Positions 42,149 through 55,800 are shown, numbered from the whole stretch's first letter. The stretch: DNA of 63,893 nt, filler included, from Reclinomonas americana ATCC 50394 (GCA_048213135.1; 13 parts of 13 records of this genome joined end to end with filler, not necessarily neighbours in it), one strand, 5' to 3'. Program-made: numbers and translations. The notes: a model not told the origin generated them from the letters alone.

Positions 42149-42400
42149 CACTTCTCGCTGTCCAGCTGCGCGCACCACTCGAGGCAGAGAGTGTCCTCAT
42201 CTCCTGCTCGATCTCTCTCCTCTTCTTGTTGGCATTCACTTCGCCTACTTCTCGCTGTTCAGCTGCGCGCACCGTTCGAGACAGAGAGTATTGCCGTGTT
42301 CAACTTCCGCTAGATGTCGCTCTTCTTGTGTTGATGCCTGCGTCACTTCATCCACTTCTCGCTGTCCAACTGTGCGCGCCACTTGAGAGATAATGTCGTC
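42149..42400 (+). repeat. Degenerate ~100-bp tandem repeat (3 units)
   Basis: Core ACTTCTCGCTGTYCARCTGYGCGC near 42149, 42246 and 42353. Confidence 0.75.
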
Positions 42401-42510
42401 GATCTTCGTCTTTCCCTGCATCCTCTCCTCCTTTTTCTCCTCCTATCCTCTTCTCCCTCTTCTACCGCATCTTCCCTCATCATCCCTCCTCTCCCCCCCC
42501 CCCTCTCCAG

Positions 42511-44191
42511 CTGACCGAGTACGAGCGCGTTGCATACGTGGACGCCGACTCGGTGGTGTACGAGCCGCTGGACGACCTGTTTGCCTGCCCGGGCACTCGT
42601 CTGTGCGCCGCCTTTATCAACCCCTGCATCTTCAACACGGGCGTGGTGGTGCTGCGGCCCGACATGCAGACATTCGAGTCGATGGTGTCGACGCTCGACA
42701 AGGTCGACTCGTACGATGGTGGCGATCAGGGTTTCCTCAACGTCTACTTCCCGCACCTGCTGTCGGCGCCCATGTATCGCGGCTGGGGCGCCATTCCGCC
42801 TCTGCCAGGCTCGCACCCGCTGGCACCGATCCCGCACACGGTGGCCGAATTGGAGGCCGCCGAAAAAGATGCGCACGAGTCGGGGGCGCTGCCTGACCCT
42901 GAGGCGATCGAGGACGATGGACCTGGCGGCAAGGGCGCTGGCGAGAAGCACGAGTTCTACCGGCTGGCCAACTATTTCCACGTCGATCCGCTCTTTTACT
43001 ACACCAATCTCGGCTTTGCCACCGCGTGCGAGCGTCCGCGTCTGGTCGAGTACCTCGGCCTGCCATTCTTGAAGCCGTGGTTCTGGTACACCTACGCATT
43101 CATGGATTTGTCGGTGAGTGGGTGGGAGAGAGAGAAAAAGAGAGAGGTCGCTCACATAGATCGTGTCTCAATCCACTCCTCTACACAGTGGCCGTGGTTC
43201 GAGGTCCGCTCACAGCTGCCCACCGACCTGGCGTACTTGCAAGGCCATCCGATGTACGTGCTGGTGCCGATGGCCGTCCTACTCAGCGTGCTCGTACTCG
43301 GCATGTGCATGCTCAGCAACAGCCACCGGCGATTCCAGGTGCTGCGATTCGTGTGCAACGACAAGGTGCGCATTGGTCTGGCGCTGCTTTGCCTGTTGCG
43401 CCGCTCTGAACATGTGATCTCCATTTTTTCCAGGGCCGAGTATATCGGCTACTGTCATGCTCGTTGGCGTGGATGTCGGAGGGCAGCTATCAAATCATCA
43501 GCATGCTGTACTGGATCTTTGCACTGGCCATGGCCACCTATGTGCCCCTCAAGTGGATCATTCCCATCAAGTGCGTCTTGGCAGGCACAATGCGCTGTCC
43601 ATCTCCGCAAAAGATCACTGATGCCTCCCCCTCCATTGCGCAGCACAACGCCTGTGCCGGCATGGATTGCCTTTTACTGCTGGTACGTGACGCTGCTGGC
43701 GGTGTACGCGTACCCGTTCCTGTGGGCGATTGCCATTCGCGGCAAGTTGCGTCATATGCGCGGAGAGCACCTTTCCCTTTTACTCCCTGCCGCTCACCGC
43801 ACGCTGCAGGAATCACCACGATCAAGTGTACCACTCCTCCATCCCGTCCATGGTGCGCTACGAGGATTCCGACGTACCATTACTCTCCACAGCACTGCTG
43901 GTGCTCAGCGTCGGCGTCATCTCGGCCATCTACGTCGCCTCGTGGAGTCTGCCAATCTTCCCCGTTGCGTCGCCAGCAACAGTACATGATTGCGCGTACA
44001 TTGCTCACATTTGCCGCGCGTGCAGTCGTTCCTGCATCGCGTGGTGTGGATGCTGGTCTGGGGCATCGTATTCCTCGCCTACAACGTGTGGGTGGCGGTG
44101 CGGCTCAGCCGGCTGTGGTGGAGCGGATTGGTGCACACGCGGTGTGTGGCATCGTAAGGGCGCAGTAAACTGCACTGTCATAGAACTTTGA
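42511..44191 (+). CDS. GT8 glycosyltransferase, PGSIP7/8-like, with C-terminal TM helices (5' part not resolved)
   Basis: YERVAYVDAD (DxD), LCAAFINPCIFNTG, SYDGGDQGFLNVYF, LKPWFWY; several hydrophobic segments downstream. Confidence 0.8.
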
Positions 44192-44356
44192 CCCAAAGAA
44201 GAAGAACGTTATGCACATTCTCTCCATCACGTGCATCACGAACGAACGGCAATGGAAACTTTGCATGCGTCGATGAGCATGAAGAAACGCACTTTTCGCG
44301 CGCCACTCATAATCACCAACTCACCAGTACCACCTGTTTTGGACATGATGGTGATT

Positions 44357-45400
44357 TTACGAGTTGCATGAGCAAAGTCGACCCTGAGTGAGTGTTATTG
44401 CTTTGATTGGGTGAGAGAGAGGAGAAGAGATGCTCAGCACAGCACCCATGCACCAACACCACGCACTGATCTCGTACGACGAGTCAACATGGTGCGACGA
44501 TGATGAAGATGAAGAGGAGGATGTGGTGGTGGACGCGGAAGAGGTGTTGAGTGGAGGAGGCACAGCAGCGGTGTTTGCCTTTGCCGCCATTGAGAGCCCG
44601 TGCGAGAGACGACTACTGTGCAAGTCCTCAGCCACCACCACCGCCGCAACACCAACAAGAAGAGTGGTGGCGGTGTCGCGAAGATCCGGACTGCTGGTGA
44701 GAGGAGGCGCGGGAGGAGTGGCACAAATCTCGGCGCCTTGCTCGCCCACGCGACATGTCCGCGAGGGTGACGTGGCGGCGGATGAGGAGGGCGACAGTGA
44801 GACAGAGTGTGCAGAAGACGCGCGGCCACGCAATGCAGTGCAGCGACAGGCCGTCTCGGGTTTGTCACTTGTGGGGAATTGCAACTCGCATCGTTTTGCT
44901 TGATTGCTCATCATGCCTGTTGTTGTTGCTGTTGTTGCAGTTCTGTCTGTGGGCTCCAGTTCACCACGCTCAACGGCCACGGATGACTCGCTGATGACGC
45001 CTGCCGGCAGCAGCTTGGTTCGTGATCGGACAGCGGTCGCAGTAGCATCGGGTTCCGGATCCGGACGCCCGCGAAGACTATCGCTGGTGTCTGCTCCGCC
45101 TTCTGCAGCAGCCACTGTGATACCGGCACATGGACGTGCCACGTCGACGAGTTCCGCCTGCTCGTCATTGTCGTCGTCCGCGGCCACCAATCCCAAAAAG
45201 TTGCGCGCCGTTTCTCTCTCCGTGTAAATACAGCAGCTGCTGACTCGGGAAAGCTGCAGGTATGCGTCGCTGCTGGACAAGATTCGCATGGCGCGTGTGG
45301 TCACGCGAGGCAAGACGGGTCAGCGGTCGCCGCACATGTCGGGTGACCTCATTGTGCCGCAAGGCTCACTCAGCAGCTTCCTGTCGGGCGGGCGGCGCAT
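44357..45400 (-). CDS. Hypothetical low-complexity protein (start and splicing unresolved)
   Basis: 318-aa open frame, Ser/Thr/Ala-rich; no family motif. Confidence 0.4.
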
Positions 45401-45504
45401 GCGGTAGTCACCCTGTATAGAGGAAACCCGGTAACCACAATGTAGAACCACCACCAATTTTGTCAGGCAACAGCAGTGGTCGATTGAAATTCACTGTACA
45501 CCTG

Positions 45505-47644
45505 CTAGCCAACACTGCGATTGACGGCGGCTTCAAAGATGACATCGGTGGTGCCGTCATCCAGCGCCTTGTGAAACTCGACACGCAAGTACTTCTCGCG
45601 CACACTGACCAGCACGAAGCCAAGAGACGCGTCGCCAAAGACCGCGTACTCCGACGACTTGGCGAGCGAGTCGTGCAGGCCAAACGATCCGGTGCCGCTG
45701 TTGAACGAGGAGAGAGTGAATCGCTGAAATGCGAAGGAGAGGAAAGGGAGGCGGAGCAGCAGCAGCAGCAGCAGCACCTAATCACATGCGCAGCGCCGTT
45801 GCCGTCGAGCAGGTACTGCAGAGGAAAGTGTATGAGGACGCGTGGGGATGGCGAGAGAAGTGAAACGGAAATGGCCAACCTGCAGCGTGTGGTCGTGACC
45901 GGAGAGGTACAACTGCACGTGATTGTCGCGCAAGATTGGCAGCAGCTGCTGGCGCATCTCCGTTGCACCCTCCACATCCTGCGCACGCAGTGTGAGTGCT
46001 TCTGCCGAGTGCAAGCAGGAGCGTCGAACGACGCACCATGTCACTCGAGAACGCCGGATGGTGACCNNNNNNNNNNNNNNNNNNNNNNNNNNNNNNNNNN
46101 NNNNNNNNNNTTAATTAATTAANNNNNNNNNNNNNNNNNNNNNNNNNNNNNNNNNNNNNNNNNNNNAGATAGGAGGGGGAAGACCGAAGGGGGAAGACCG
46201 AAGGGGGAAAATGGAAGGGCGGAAGACGGAGGGGGAAGACAGAAGAGGGGAAGTTGAAGGGGAGAAAGGAGAGGAGGCAGTCGTCAAGGAAGAAGCAGAG
46301 ACACACTGCGGCAGTAAACAGACGAGGTAAAGCAACTTGCTTCTTCGCAAATCATCCACGCAACTGCCATCCACCCCATCAGTCGACGCCGGCACCACCT
46401 CGTCCGTCGAGTAGTAATAGTACGGCATCTCCCACCGCTCGTCAACCTCGTGATATGCAAATTGTGCGTGAGGATTGCCAAAGTCGTGATTGCCTGCAAG
46501 AAGAACGTGAGCGCATGCCGTCACAAAGACAACTCATCCCATCACCGCACCGAGCGATGCCGTCCATGGCACTCTTAGCGAGTCGTCCTTGTACACCTGT
46601 GCGAGCACGAGTGAGACGTCGATGCGATCCCCCTTTCCACGCGCTGCTCCCGCAACATCAGCAAACGAGGTCTTCCATTGGGGATCGTCGACCGAGACAA
46701 CTCCAGCCTGATAGAAATTGTCGCCCACCTGCATGTCACAGTATCAGCACCCGCTCGTCATTCTAGCTTCTCCCGCGGACAAACTCACGGAGATGATTCT
46801 TCGACAGCCCACTCGTTTGCACTCGTTGGCCAGTGCCGCCGCCACCTTGAGCTGTCCCGGCTGCGATTCATCATGAGATCAACCGACTCCTGTACTTACA
46901 CATAAGGACGGCACACACACACACACACACACTGACCGATCCCTGCATGCCCCAGTCGCCAATCACGGCGAAACGATACGCATTGCCCTCATCGTGTGGA
47001 TCGTCGGCCACACTCGGATCGCCCGCTCGCTCCGCCACATACACCGACAGCCCAGCCACGACCACCAACACGACAACAATCGAGCTCACCAGCACACTAA
47101 TCACAATGCACTGTCGCCTCCTGCACAACAACATCACAGTCACAGCAACAGCGATGACAAGAACGAAATTGAGATGCTGCTGAGATGACTGAACTTCTTC
47201 CTCCTGCGCTGTCGCTGCACTTGAGCGGCCACATCGGGCACCGACGCAGCACCGCCCTCGTCCAAGTCCACTGCGATCCAACGGCGTGAGTCATTGTCGC
47301 CACTGTGATATCATGACTGACTGAGACTCACCAGTGCCACGTGCGCTGTCATGCGCGCGACTGAGTGGCGCCAACTCCACATCGTGCAGTGGCGAGCCGC
47401 GACGTCCACGTCCTCCTCTGCGCCCGCCTCGTCCTCCTCCTCGTCCTCCTCCTCGTCGAGACGAGGATGAGTTGGGGCTTCCCGCGCGCGCAGCCCACGC
47501 CACGTCAGCGTCGTCTTGTGAGGAATCGCCGTCGCTGTCCGAGTCGGTGAACGACTCGGGCGGGAGAGCACGCATGAACTGTCGATTGTCAGTGCGCCCA
47601 CTGCCACCACCACCAGTGGCGTTGTTGTCGCGCGCGCCCGACAT
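45505..47644 (-). CDS. Purple/tartrate-resistant acid phosphatase (ACP5-like metallophosphoesterase) with N-terminal TM anchor; spans a gap
   Basis: FAVIGDWG, VGDNFY, G|NHD, LYLSGHDHTLQ motifs; hydrophobic segment near 47050-47110. Confidence 0.9.
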
Positions 47645-47723
47645 CTGTCTGAAGATTGTCACACAGGACGCATCATTGTGGCTTTCATTTATTACGTACG
47701 TCGACGCCTTGGCTGGGAGGAGA

Positions 47724-49247
47724 CTACTGGCGAGTTGGGCGCCACTTGGTCGCCTGCTTGTAGTCCAGCTCAAAGACGCGCTGATAAATGGCGGCGACGT
47801 CGGCCGAGTCGACGTAGAACTGGAAGTCGCGATTGGTCTTGCGCCATGAGGAGCCGGAGCTGTAGGGCGGATAGACGTTGTTGTCGGGGTAGAGGAAGTC
47901 GGTGGGCGCCCAGTTGCCGGTGGACAGCATCACGCGCGAGCCGTCCATGATCCAGTACTTTTCGTGCGAGTACGTCAGGCAGTAGTCGTGGCTCGAGTAG
48001 ATGGTGAGGCCGGCGCGCACCAGGCGCTCGTAGACGACCTGTGTGGTCTCTGAATCCTCCTTGTCGTAGATCTCGCGCGACGTGAACAGGCGGATCTGCA
48101 CGCCACGCTTGAACAGCGCGATGAGGGCGTCGGCCACCGGGTCGCTGTTGATCTGGTAGATCGACACGTCCAGCGTGCTCTGCACCGAGTTGAGAGCGTC
48201 GAGCAGCGTCGTCAGGGCGTAGTCGGGGCTGGTGAACGCCGTAATGTTGGCGTTGCGCACAGACACGGCCTGCGGGGTGCCCGAGGCCGTCTGGCACTCA
48301 AAGGTGCGCGGGTCCGGAACGACAACGGGGATCGGCGACTTGTCGGCGATCATGGCCTCCTCGGCGGCCGTGTACTTTTCCGTCACCGTCATCGGCACCG
48401 CAATCGACCAGTCGTCCTCGAAAACGCGCTGGTAGAAGCCAACAATGTTGGAGTTGTCCGAGACGACCACGCTGGGGAGAAAAGGGGGAAGGGTGAGAAG
48501 GGGCAAGCTGGAGAAGGAGGAGGGGGGAGAGGGGGGAAGGGAGAGGATGGGAAGGGAAGAAGGAGAGGGTTGGAACGGGGAGAGAGAGGGGAAAGAAGTG
48601 AAGGAAATAAAGGAAGGACAAGGGGAAAGTGGAAGGGTGGGAGGATAGAGCATGGAAAAGGTGGAAGACAAAGGGGGAAGGCATATATAGTGATGCAAGA
48701 GAAATGAATAGGAGCCGAACCGAGGCGCAAGAAGCGCGAACGCACACAGAGAGAGGCTGAGGCACGAATCGAATGTCGACCTCAACAAGAGACAAGGGTT
48801 GAAGGTAAGGGGAAATAAAACAACGACAGAGAAAGACAGAGACACGCGATTCGGTGTACCTGTGCTGTGCGTGCGTGCGAGAGAGAGAGAGAGAGAGAAA
48901 GAGAAAGAGAGAGAGAAAGAGGCAGAAAGACACAATCCGTGTGTGTCTTCAGAGAGAATTTCAACAACCACTCACCCAGCCTCGCGGTTCAGCATGTACG
49001 ACGTGTACGACCAGTTCACGGACGACACAGCGGCCCTGGCGCGCGATGTGCCGGCGTCGATCGACTGGTATTTGATGTGCACAAAGGTGGTGGTGGCGTA
49101 GAAGCGCACCTGTGCACCGGCCTTGACCAGGTACTCCAGCGGTCCGATTTTGCCGGAGCAGAGGGTGGTGGGGTAGCCGTTGGTCATGATGCGGACGCGC
49201 ACTCCCTGGTGGATCTTGTTGACCAGGGCTTGGAAGATGGGGAAGGT
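47724..49247 (-). CDS. Phospholipase D-family protein with two HKD motifs (5' end in gap)
   Basis: HIKYQSID...SSVNWS...NREAG and HEKYWIMD...STGNW...NRDF. Confidence 0.9.
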
Positions 49248-50818
49248 CTGCGGAAGGAGGGGAAGGGAGGGTGAGAGGGTGAGAGAGGGGGAAGGAGGAA
49301 GGGGGAAGGAGGAAGGAGGAGAAGAAGAACAGGAGATAGTGTCGGGGAAACCAGAATGTACTTGCAGGGTACTTATGGAGAAGGGAGGTGAAACAACAGC
49401 GACTCCCACACAAACTGAGAGAGAGAGAGAGAGAAGAGCAACAAGAACAAGAAGAAAGAAGAGGAGGAGGAGGAGGAGAACGCAAACTGCCCTTGCCGAA
49501 CACAGTACTTCAACTCAGAGACGGACATAGAGACCGACGAACAGAGAGGAGAGAGGGAGAGGGGAGAGAGGGAAACAGAGAGATGGAGAAAATAGCGTCG
49601 GAGAAATCGAGACGGCATGTGTCGCAGGGTGGCATAACAGTGATTCAGTGACGGCAGAGACAGANNNNNNNNNNNNNNNNNNNNNNNNNNNNNNNNNNNN
49701 NNNNNNNNTTAATTAATTAANNNNNNNNNNNNNNNNNNNNNNNNNNNNNNNNNNNNNNNNNNNNGGAGGAGGAGGTGAGAGTCGACATCTGCCATGTCAC
49801 ACACACACACACACGCGCGCACACACAGAGAGAGGAGAGTGAATGAGTGAGTGAGTGAGTGGAGTTGTGTCAGTGTGCTCACCACGTCGGTGGAGTAGAG
49901 GAGAGTGGAAGATGATGATTGATCCGAATGGATCTTCGAATCTTTGATATTGTGCGTGAGTTGGTGTGGTGGCTGCAAACACAGCTGCGTGATGAGTATT
50001 CTTGAGTGAGTCTGTAGCTGTAGGCACTGTTCGTTGATCAAGTGTTTTGCAATTGCAGTTGCACATGCTGTAGAGCTTGCGAATTCGAATATCGCTGCGA
50101 GCATGCGCTGTACATGTGGCAGGCTTGCCGATGGCGGCTTGCGGGCACGTGAGGTCGGACACGAAGTCGAGTGTGTGTGGCATGCCACGCTGAGCGGGAT
50201 CGATCGAAAACAAGGGGTGGGAGGGATCCGGCCGCGGCTGTGAAGCGGTTTCCTGCTGCACAAGCGGCACGCGCGGAGCGTGTCGTGAATGGAGGCGATA
50301 TGCTGCGCTCCTGGTAAGTGGCAAAGGTGGTGGCAGGCTCAGACTCGCGATCGTACGAGACAAAATTTTGCGCTAAGACGTCGACACCAACCAATTAATC
50401 AAATGCATGCTCCGATCCCATCGCTGAGGTACACCGCATGTCACTCGACCTTCCCCTTTCCGTGCTACTCCAGTTCATCGCGGCTATAATATGTGCCAAA
50501 TTCGGAGCATCGCGGACACGCAATCCATCGAACCAACAATCACCACTCCATCAACTAAACGCAGCGGGCGATGTGCAGCAGGGTGGAATGCGAGACGTGT
50601 CACAAGTACACATGGGCTGGTTGTGGTCGACACATTGCGTCGGTGAGTGCTCGTGTGCGTGTCTCTCTGACGCACACACTCACTCTCTGCGGCAGGTGAA
50701 AGCCACAGTGCCCGCTGACCAGTGGTGCCAGTGTCCACCCGATCTGCGCAAGCCAGCCTCCACGTGCTCTCTCATGTGAGTTGGTAAACGACACTAGAGA
50801 TGCGAGAGAATCTGTTTA

Positions 50819-51922
50819 CTACCACTCTGCACTCCTCTGCGCACACACTCGCGCCTCCTCCACCACAAAGCACCGCAGCACCAACTCGGGCAGGCACCGC
50901 ACCGCCTCCTCCGGCACCATCGCCTGCACCGCCACCATGGCCTGCTCAGCTGCCTCCACCTCGCGCCGGGCCAGGCCCCCGAGCACCGGCCACACATGCA
51001 CCATGCAATCCTCACCACCGCCCGCCACATAGCAGCCGTCTTGCGTCACATGGCACGCAACGACTTTACCGCGCGCACCATCAAAGTAGTGCTCGATGAT
51101 GCCCGTCTCCAGCTCCCACGCACACACGCCAGAGTCGCACGTGCCGAACACATGTCGCTCGCCACGCTGCAGCACGCTCATGGCATAGTTCAAGTTGCCT
51201 GCTTTCCTCTTCCCCTCCGTCGCCTCTCGAAACTGCAGCTGGCGCACGAGCTCGCCCGTCGTCAGGTCCCACATCGACACACACAGGTCGCCGTCGGTCG
51301 TGAGGAGCCGATGGCCCGACAGCGCCTGCATGTTGGTCACACACCACTCGGCGGGCGGGAAGGTGATGCGGCGCATCAGGTCGCCCGTGGCGACGCTCCA
51401 CACCACCGCTGCGTTGTCTTGCCCGCCACTGACGACGAACTGGTTGTCGGGCGTCACTACCAGCTGCCACACGATGCCTCGGTGGCCCCTCATGACACGC
51501 ACCGACTCACCAGTCGCCACCTGCCACACGCGAACAGTCTCATCCTCTCCACTGGAGAACAGCAGCGCTCCATCGGCGGAAAACGCCACGGCGTTGACAC
51601 TCTCCTCGTGCCCACTGAGTCGGTGCAGCAAGCAGAGCTGCGTGTGCGTGGGTTGATCATCCGCGTGCGTTTTCGGCAGTTGCCAGAGGTACACAAAGCA
51701 GTCGTCGCTGCTGGCGGCCAGCAGGCGTCCACACGGACTGACTCGCACCGAGGTGATCATGTCCTCGATCACGTGAGTGGCCACGGCGATCAGCTTGTTG
51801 GTGGTGAGCGACCAGACGTTCACTGTGCTGTCCAGGCCGCCGCTGATGAGGAGAGTGCCGTCGGGGGTGCTGGTGATGGAGGAGACGGGCGCGGTGTGGC
51901 CGAGGAGCGCGCGGTACGTCAT
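50819..51922 (-). CDS. Intronless WD40 protein with conserved C-terminal tail (paralog A)
   Basis: Single ORF with about 7 WD repeats; tail LARREVEAAEQAMVAVQAMV...VRCLPELVLRCFVVEEARV. Confidence 0.9.
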   Translation of the reverse strand: MTYRALLGHTAPVSSITSTPDGTLLISGGLDSTVNVWSLTTNKLIAVATHVIEDMITSVRVSPCGRLLAASSDDCFVYLWQLPKTHADDQPTHTQLCLLHRLSGHEESVNAVAFSADGALLFSSGEDETVRVWQVATGESVRVMRGHRGIVWQLVVTPDNQFVVSGGQDNAAVVWSVATGDLMRRITFPPAEWCVTNMQALSGHRLLTTDGDLCVSMWDLTTGELVRQLQFREATEGKRKAGNLNYAMSVLQRGERHVFGTCDSGVCAWELETGIIEHYFDGARGKVVACHVTQDGCYVAGGGEDCMVHVWPVLGGLARREVEAAEQAMVAVQAMVPEEAVRCLPELVLRCFVVEEARVCAQRSAEW

Positions 51923-52801
51923 TTCTGGAGGCAAGAGTTGTCCTTCTTTCGTCCCACTTAACCAACATCATATCACGCGATGCTGCGACACGCGCAGGTG
52001 CTGTACTACGTCGCATAGTGACAGCCGCGGTGGTCGCAGGGCACGAGGTTTGTGCCACACTCTCGCTCACTCCTTCTTTTCTCACCCACTCTCGGTCACT
52101 CCTTCTTTTCTCACCCTCTCTNNNNNNNNNNNNNNNNNNNNNNNNNNNNNNNNNNNNNNNNNNNNTTAATTAATTAANNNNNNNNNNNNNNNNNNNNNNN
52201 NNNNNNNNNNNNNNNNNNNNNTTCTTCTCCACCTCTCGTCGTCTCCTTCTTTCTTCTCCTCCTCTCTCTCTCTCTCTCTCTCTCTCTGGTTATCACTCTG
52301 TTTGCAGCATCCATGTATTGCATTTTCTCCGCAAATTTCCTCTTGCATCGTCAATCCTTCGCTTGAGTTCTGAGAGCTAACACTGGGTCGTTGCGTTTTC
52401 AGTGTTTCCGAGTAGACGTATATGTGTATGTATGTGTGGGTGTGCGTCTATGCCTGCATGTTCCTGTGTGAGTGTTTGCTTGTTTGTTTGGCTCGTCGCG
52501 TTGCTTCGTGATCGTGTTCTTCTCCTTTGTTGCTCTTCCTTCTTGCCTGCTTGAGTGTTGCACATGCGAGATATAAGCACGTAGCCCTCTCGATGTCTTT
52601 TGTTGTGTGTCAGAGACGGAGAACACACGAGTGCACTTATTGGTTGACCGCGCACCTTACACAACGTGTTATTTTTGAATTGCACACTTTTGCGTCTTCT
52701 TGCTTCGCTATAGTCGATGCCATGGTGTTGACGCTGTGCTTTTTTGCAGCCATCTTGCCGCGCTCGCAGTTGACAACCACTGCCTGAGGGGCGATCGTTT
52801 C

Positions 52802-55800
52802 ATGTCGACAAACGCGTCGGTCAGTCCCGTTGTCGTGTTGCGGAAGACGCGCCACACTTTGCCTCCACTCTCGTTCTCACTCACACACGCTCTCCTCCAT
52901 TTTCCTGTTTGTCCGTGGTGGTTCTCTCTCTTTTCTCTCTCTCTCTCTCTTCTCTCGCTCTGCAGAACGCTTCTGGCTCTGGATCTGGCGCCTCGGATTC
53001 CAAAACTTCAGCTCGACGCCGTCGGTGAGCACGATCGATTGTGCTTTGACGTTCATCCGCTTTCTCACTGATGCACACACTCTCGCACAGTGATGCTGCC
53101 TCCCCTGATCTCGAAGACGATGATCGGCATCACAAGCGTCCACGATTGCCAGGTGACGTTGCGAGAGTGCTGCCGACGCACCCAGCCTCCCCCTTAGCCG
53201 CATCACTCATTCCCGTTGCAGTCGACGGGATTTTCACCACCATCTCTCGCATGGAGAAGCATCCGCAGATCCGGGACGCCGCCTCTCGCCGTGTCAATCA
53301 TTCACACAAGCTTGTGCGCTGCGCTGCTGTGTCTGCCGCACGTCTTTTTTGCTCCGTCTGTCTCATCATTGTGCACGACGCCACAGCTTCTTGCTCGGGG
53401 CGAAATGCGGCTCGTCCCTCCGCCCATGCCATATGGCGTGGTGGGGACGCTTGTCGAACACGTTGAGATTCGAAAGGATAACGTGCGGGATCGCATGTTG
53501 CACCCATTTCTTGCCGTATGCGGTGGACCTGGCACTGGCAAATCTCGCTTGTTGGACTCGCTGGGCGATCTGCTCCAACGTGATGTTGAAGAGGAGCTTG
53601 TCGCTGAGCGTGTCGGCCGTCCGCAGACTGCTGCATATACGACAACACTGCGGAGATTGCACAGTGCACTGCGTACCGGCCGTGTGACGGTATGTGTCGT
53701 GTGATGCCGCTGCGTGTGCACGTGATACCCGTCCTCGTGTTGACTTCTTGCTGCTGCCGCCCAAGATCCCCGTCACCTTTGGCGACGGTCATGAGCTGAT
53801 GCAGGGTGAAGACGATGTCGACGGCCCGTTCATTGGTTTACGCGTTCTCCATGCGTGGTTTGGCGCAGAGCATGCGTGCTTTGCCGACTTTGTCGAGGCG
53901 TACCGAAACTTGTCCGTGCTTGGCGAAGACGACGTTAGTGTATACGACGCCGTCAACATTGTGGCTTGCGACGCACGCCGCCAATCGGGTAAGCGTTGCA
54001 GTGCCCCCCTCTCTTTTGTAGATTAGTACGGTCTCATTCTGCACCATGTTCGCTCAGGAATGTCCCCGGACGACGAGATGGTTGTGCTGATTCTCGTGGA
54101 CGAGTGCCTGAAAGTGCTGGAAAACAAAGGTTGTGCTGTCGTCGACGTGTCGTTGAATCGTTGCTTCCTTACACCTGTTTTCTCCTTCTCCCCCCCCTCT
54201 CTCTCTTTGCAGGAGATCTCCGACGCCTGTTCACAAAGCTTGCCGGAGTGCTTTGTACTGCACGAGCCGGCGAAAAGTGCATGGTGCTTGTGGCATGCTC
54301 TACGCTGGAGTGGAGTGAACTCCAGAAAATACTTGGCCAATACCTGCGGCACCCTTGCTTGCAGATTGATCTTCCCCTGTTGCGGAGCGCGCATGTCGAT
54401 GACTTTGTGGATGCCGCCATGCGGGAAGCGCACCCGTCGTGGGCCGACAAGTGGCGAACGTGCGTTGCGCTTCGTCGAGTCGTAGCCAGTGTTGGCGGCA
54501 TCCCTCGATGCGTCGAGTCTTTGATATCGGTGCTTGCCCGCTGCGAGCCAGAGCGTGGTAAGGACATACATGTCCACTTTTGTGCACTACGCACGCCATG
54601 TTCTCACTCGCGTGCACGAATTCTCCTGTGCGTACGTGTGTTTGGCATCGGCTGCGTGCCACAGATTTCACAGGAGATGGTGGGCGACTGGAGTCCGCAG
54701 TGGCAGCCGAGCTGTGCAATGTGGGCTACAGGGTCATCTGTCTCGATGAGGAATGGCTGCTGGAGTTGTCAGCAAAACCCATGTGTTCGCTGGAGAGGAC
54801 TGTTATGTTCAAGACTGGCACAAAGATCGACTTCAGCAAAGCGGTGGCGGCTGGCGATGTCGCGTATCACACAAGTACATCATGTAGACGATTGCAATTG
54901 GTTCGGTGGTGTGCTTTGTGGATGCGTGGGTTCCATGCATGTGATCTGACAAACGTACGTGAGTCACCGCAGCTGGACTTGCATTACCCAGTGTATCCGT
55001 TGGCCTTGTTGCGAGCAAGTGACTGGAAGCGCACTGTTGTCGGGCTGCAACCGACGGCGTGGACAGATCGTGACTTTGGGGAGGCGTGCTCCTGCGGCCT
55101 GGCCGTCAAGCTGTCGTCGTATGTTTCGGTCGGTCATGATCTGTACGTCGAGGACGTGTTGGTGGGCGCCATTCGTTCGCCGGAATCCTCCAGGCATTTC
55201 GGCTACTTTGGAAAGCTGCAACTCGACCCTGACGCTGCGGTCCGTGTTCAGGACTTGGCTGGCAACCTCACTGTGCGTGACTTGAACACTGTGTTTCTTG
55301 TGTGTGCTGTGACGTTGGCTGAAGACTGCGCTGCTGCAACATGCAGGACGCGGATCTCGACATCCCTCAGGGTGTTCTTCTTCGGACCCAAGACGAGACT
55401 CGCACTGCGGACGCGTTGATCATCGCAGGAGAAGTTGCGTGCAGCGTGTACGCGCTATCCAACCACGTGAGGTGTGTGTTAATTGTCTCACGTGTGTCGT
55501 CCGTCTGCTCACGCGAAACAGGGATACATGACGTTCCAGTTCAAGCGTACATGGTCGGGGTTAATGAGTGTCGAAGCAGTGCTGGAGGCGTACGCGAAAG
55601 CGTTTCTGGTGCGCTTTGCTTGACACACAAGCATACCGCTGCGATGGTCTCTGACTGCAGTATGCATCTGCTTTATTCATCGCAGTCGTGCCTGCTGCTT
55701 GATGGAGCCCGCGACGCACTCCCAAAACTTTGGTTCACGGATGAGGAAGCGGCAAAGGAGCTGCGACGGTTCATGCGCGACAATGCTTTCCTGCAATACA

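Noticed and set aside
42149..42400. CRISPR-like repeat/spacer look
   Set aside because: Spacers are themselves similar, repeats are degenerate, the context is eukaryotic and no cas genes are present
49790..50800. Short ORFs between the PLD gap and WD40 paralog A
   Set aside because: No consistent spliced model or recognisable motif
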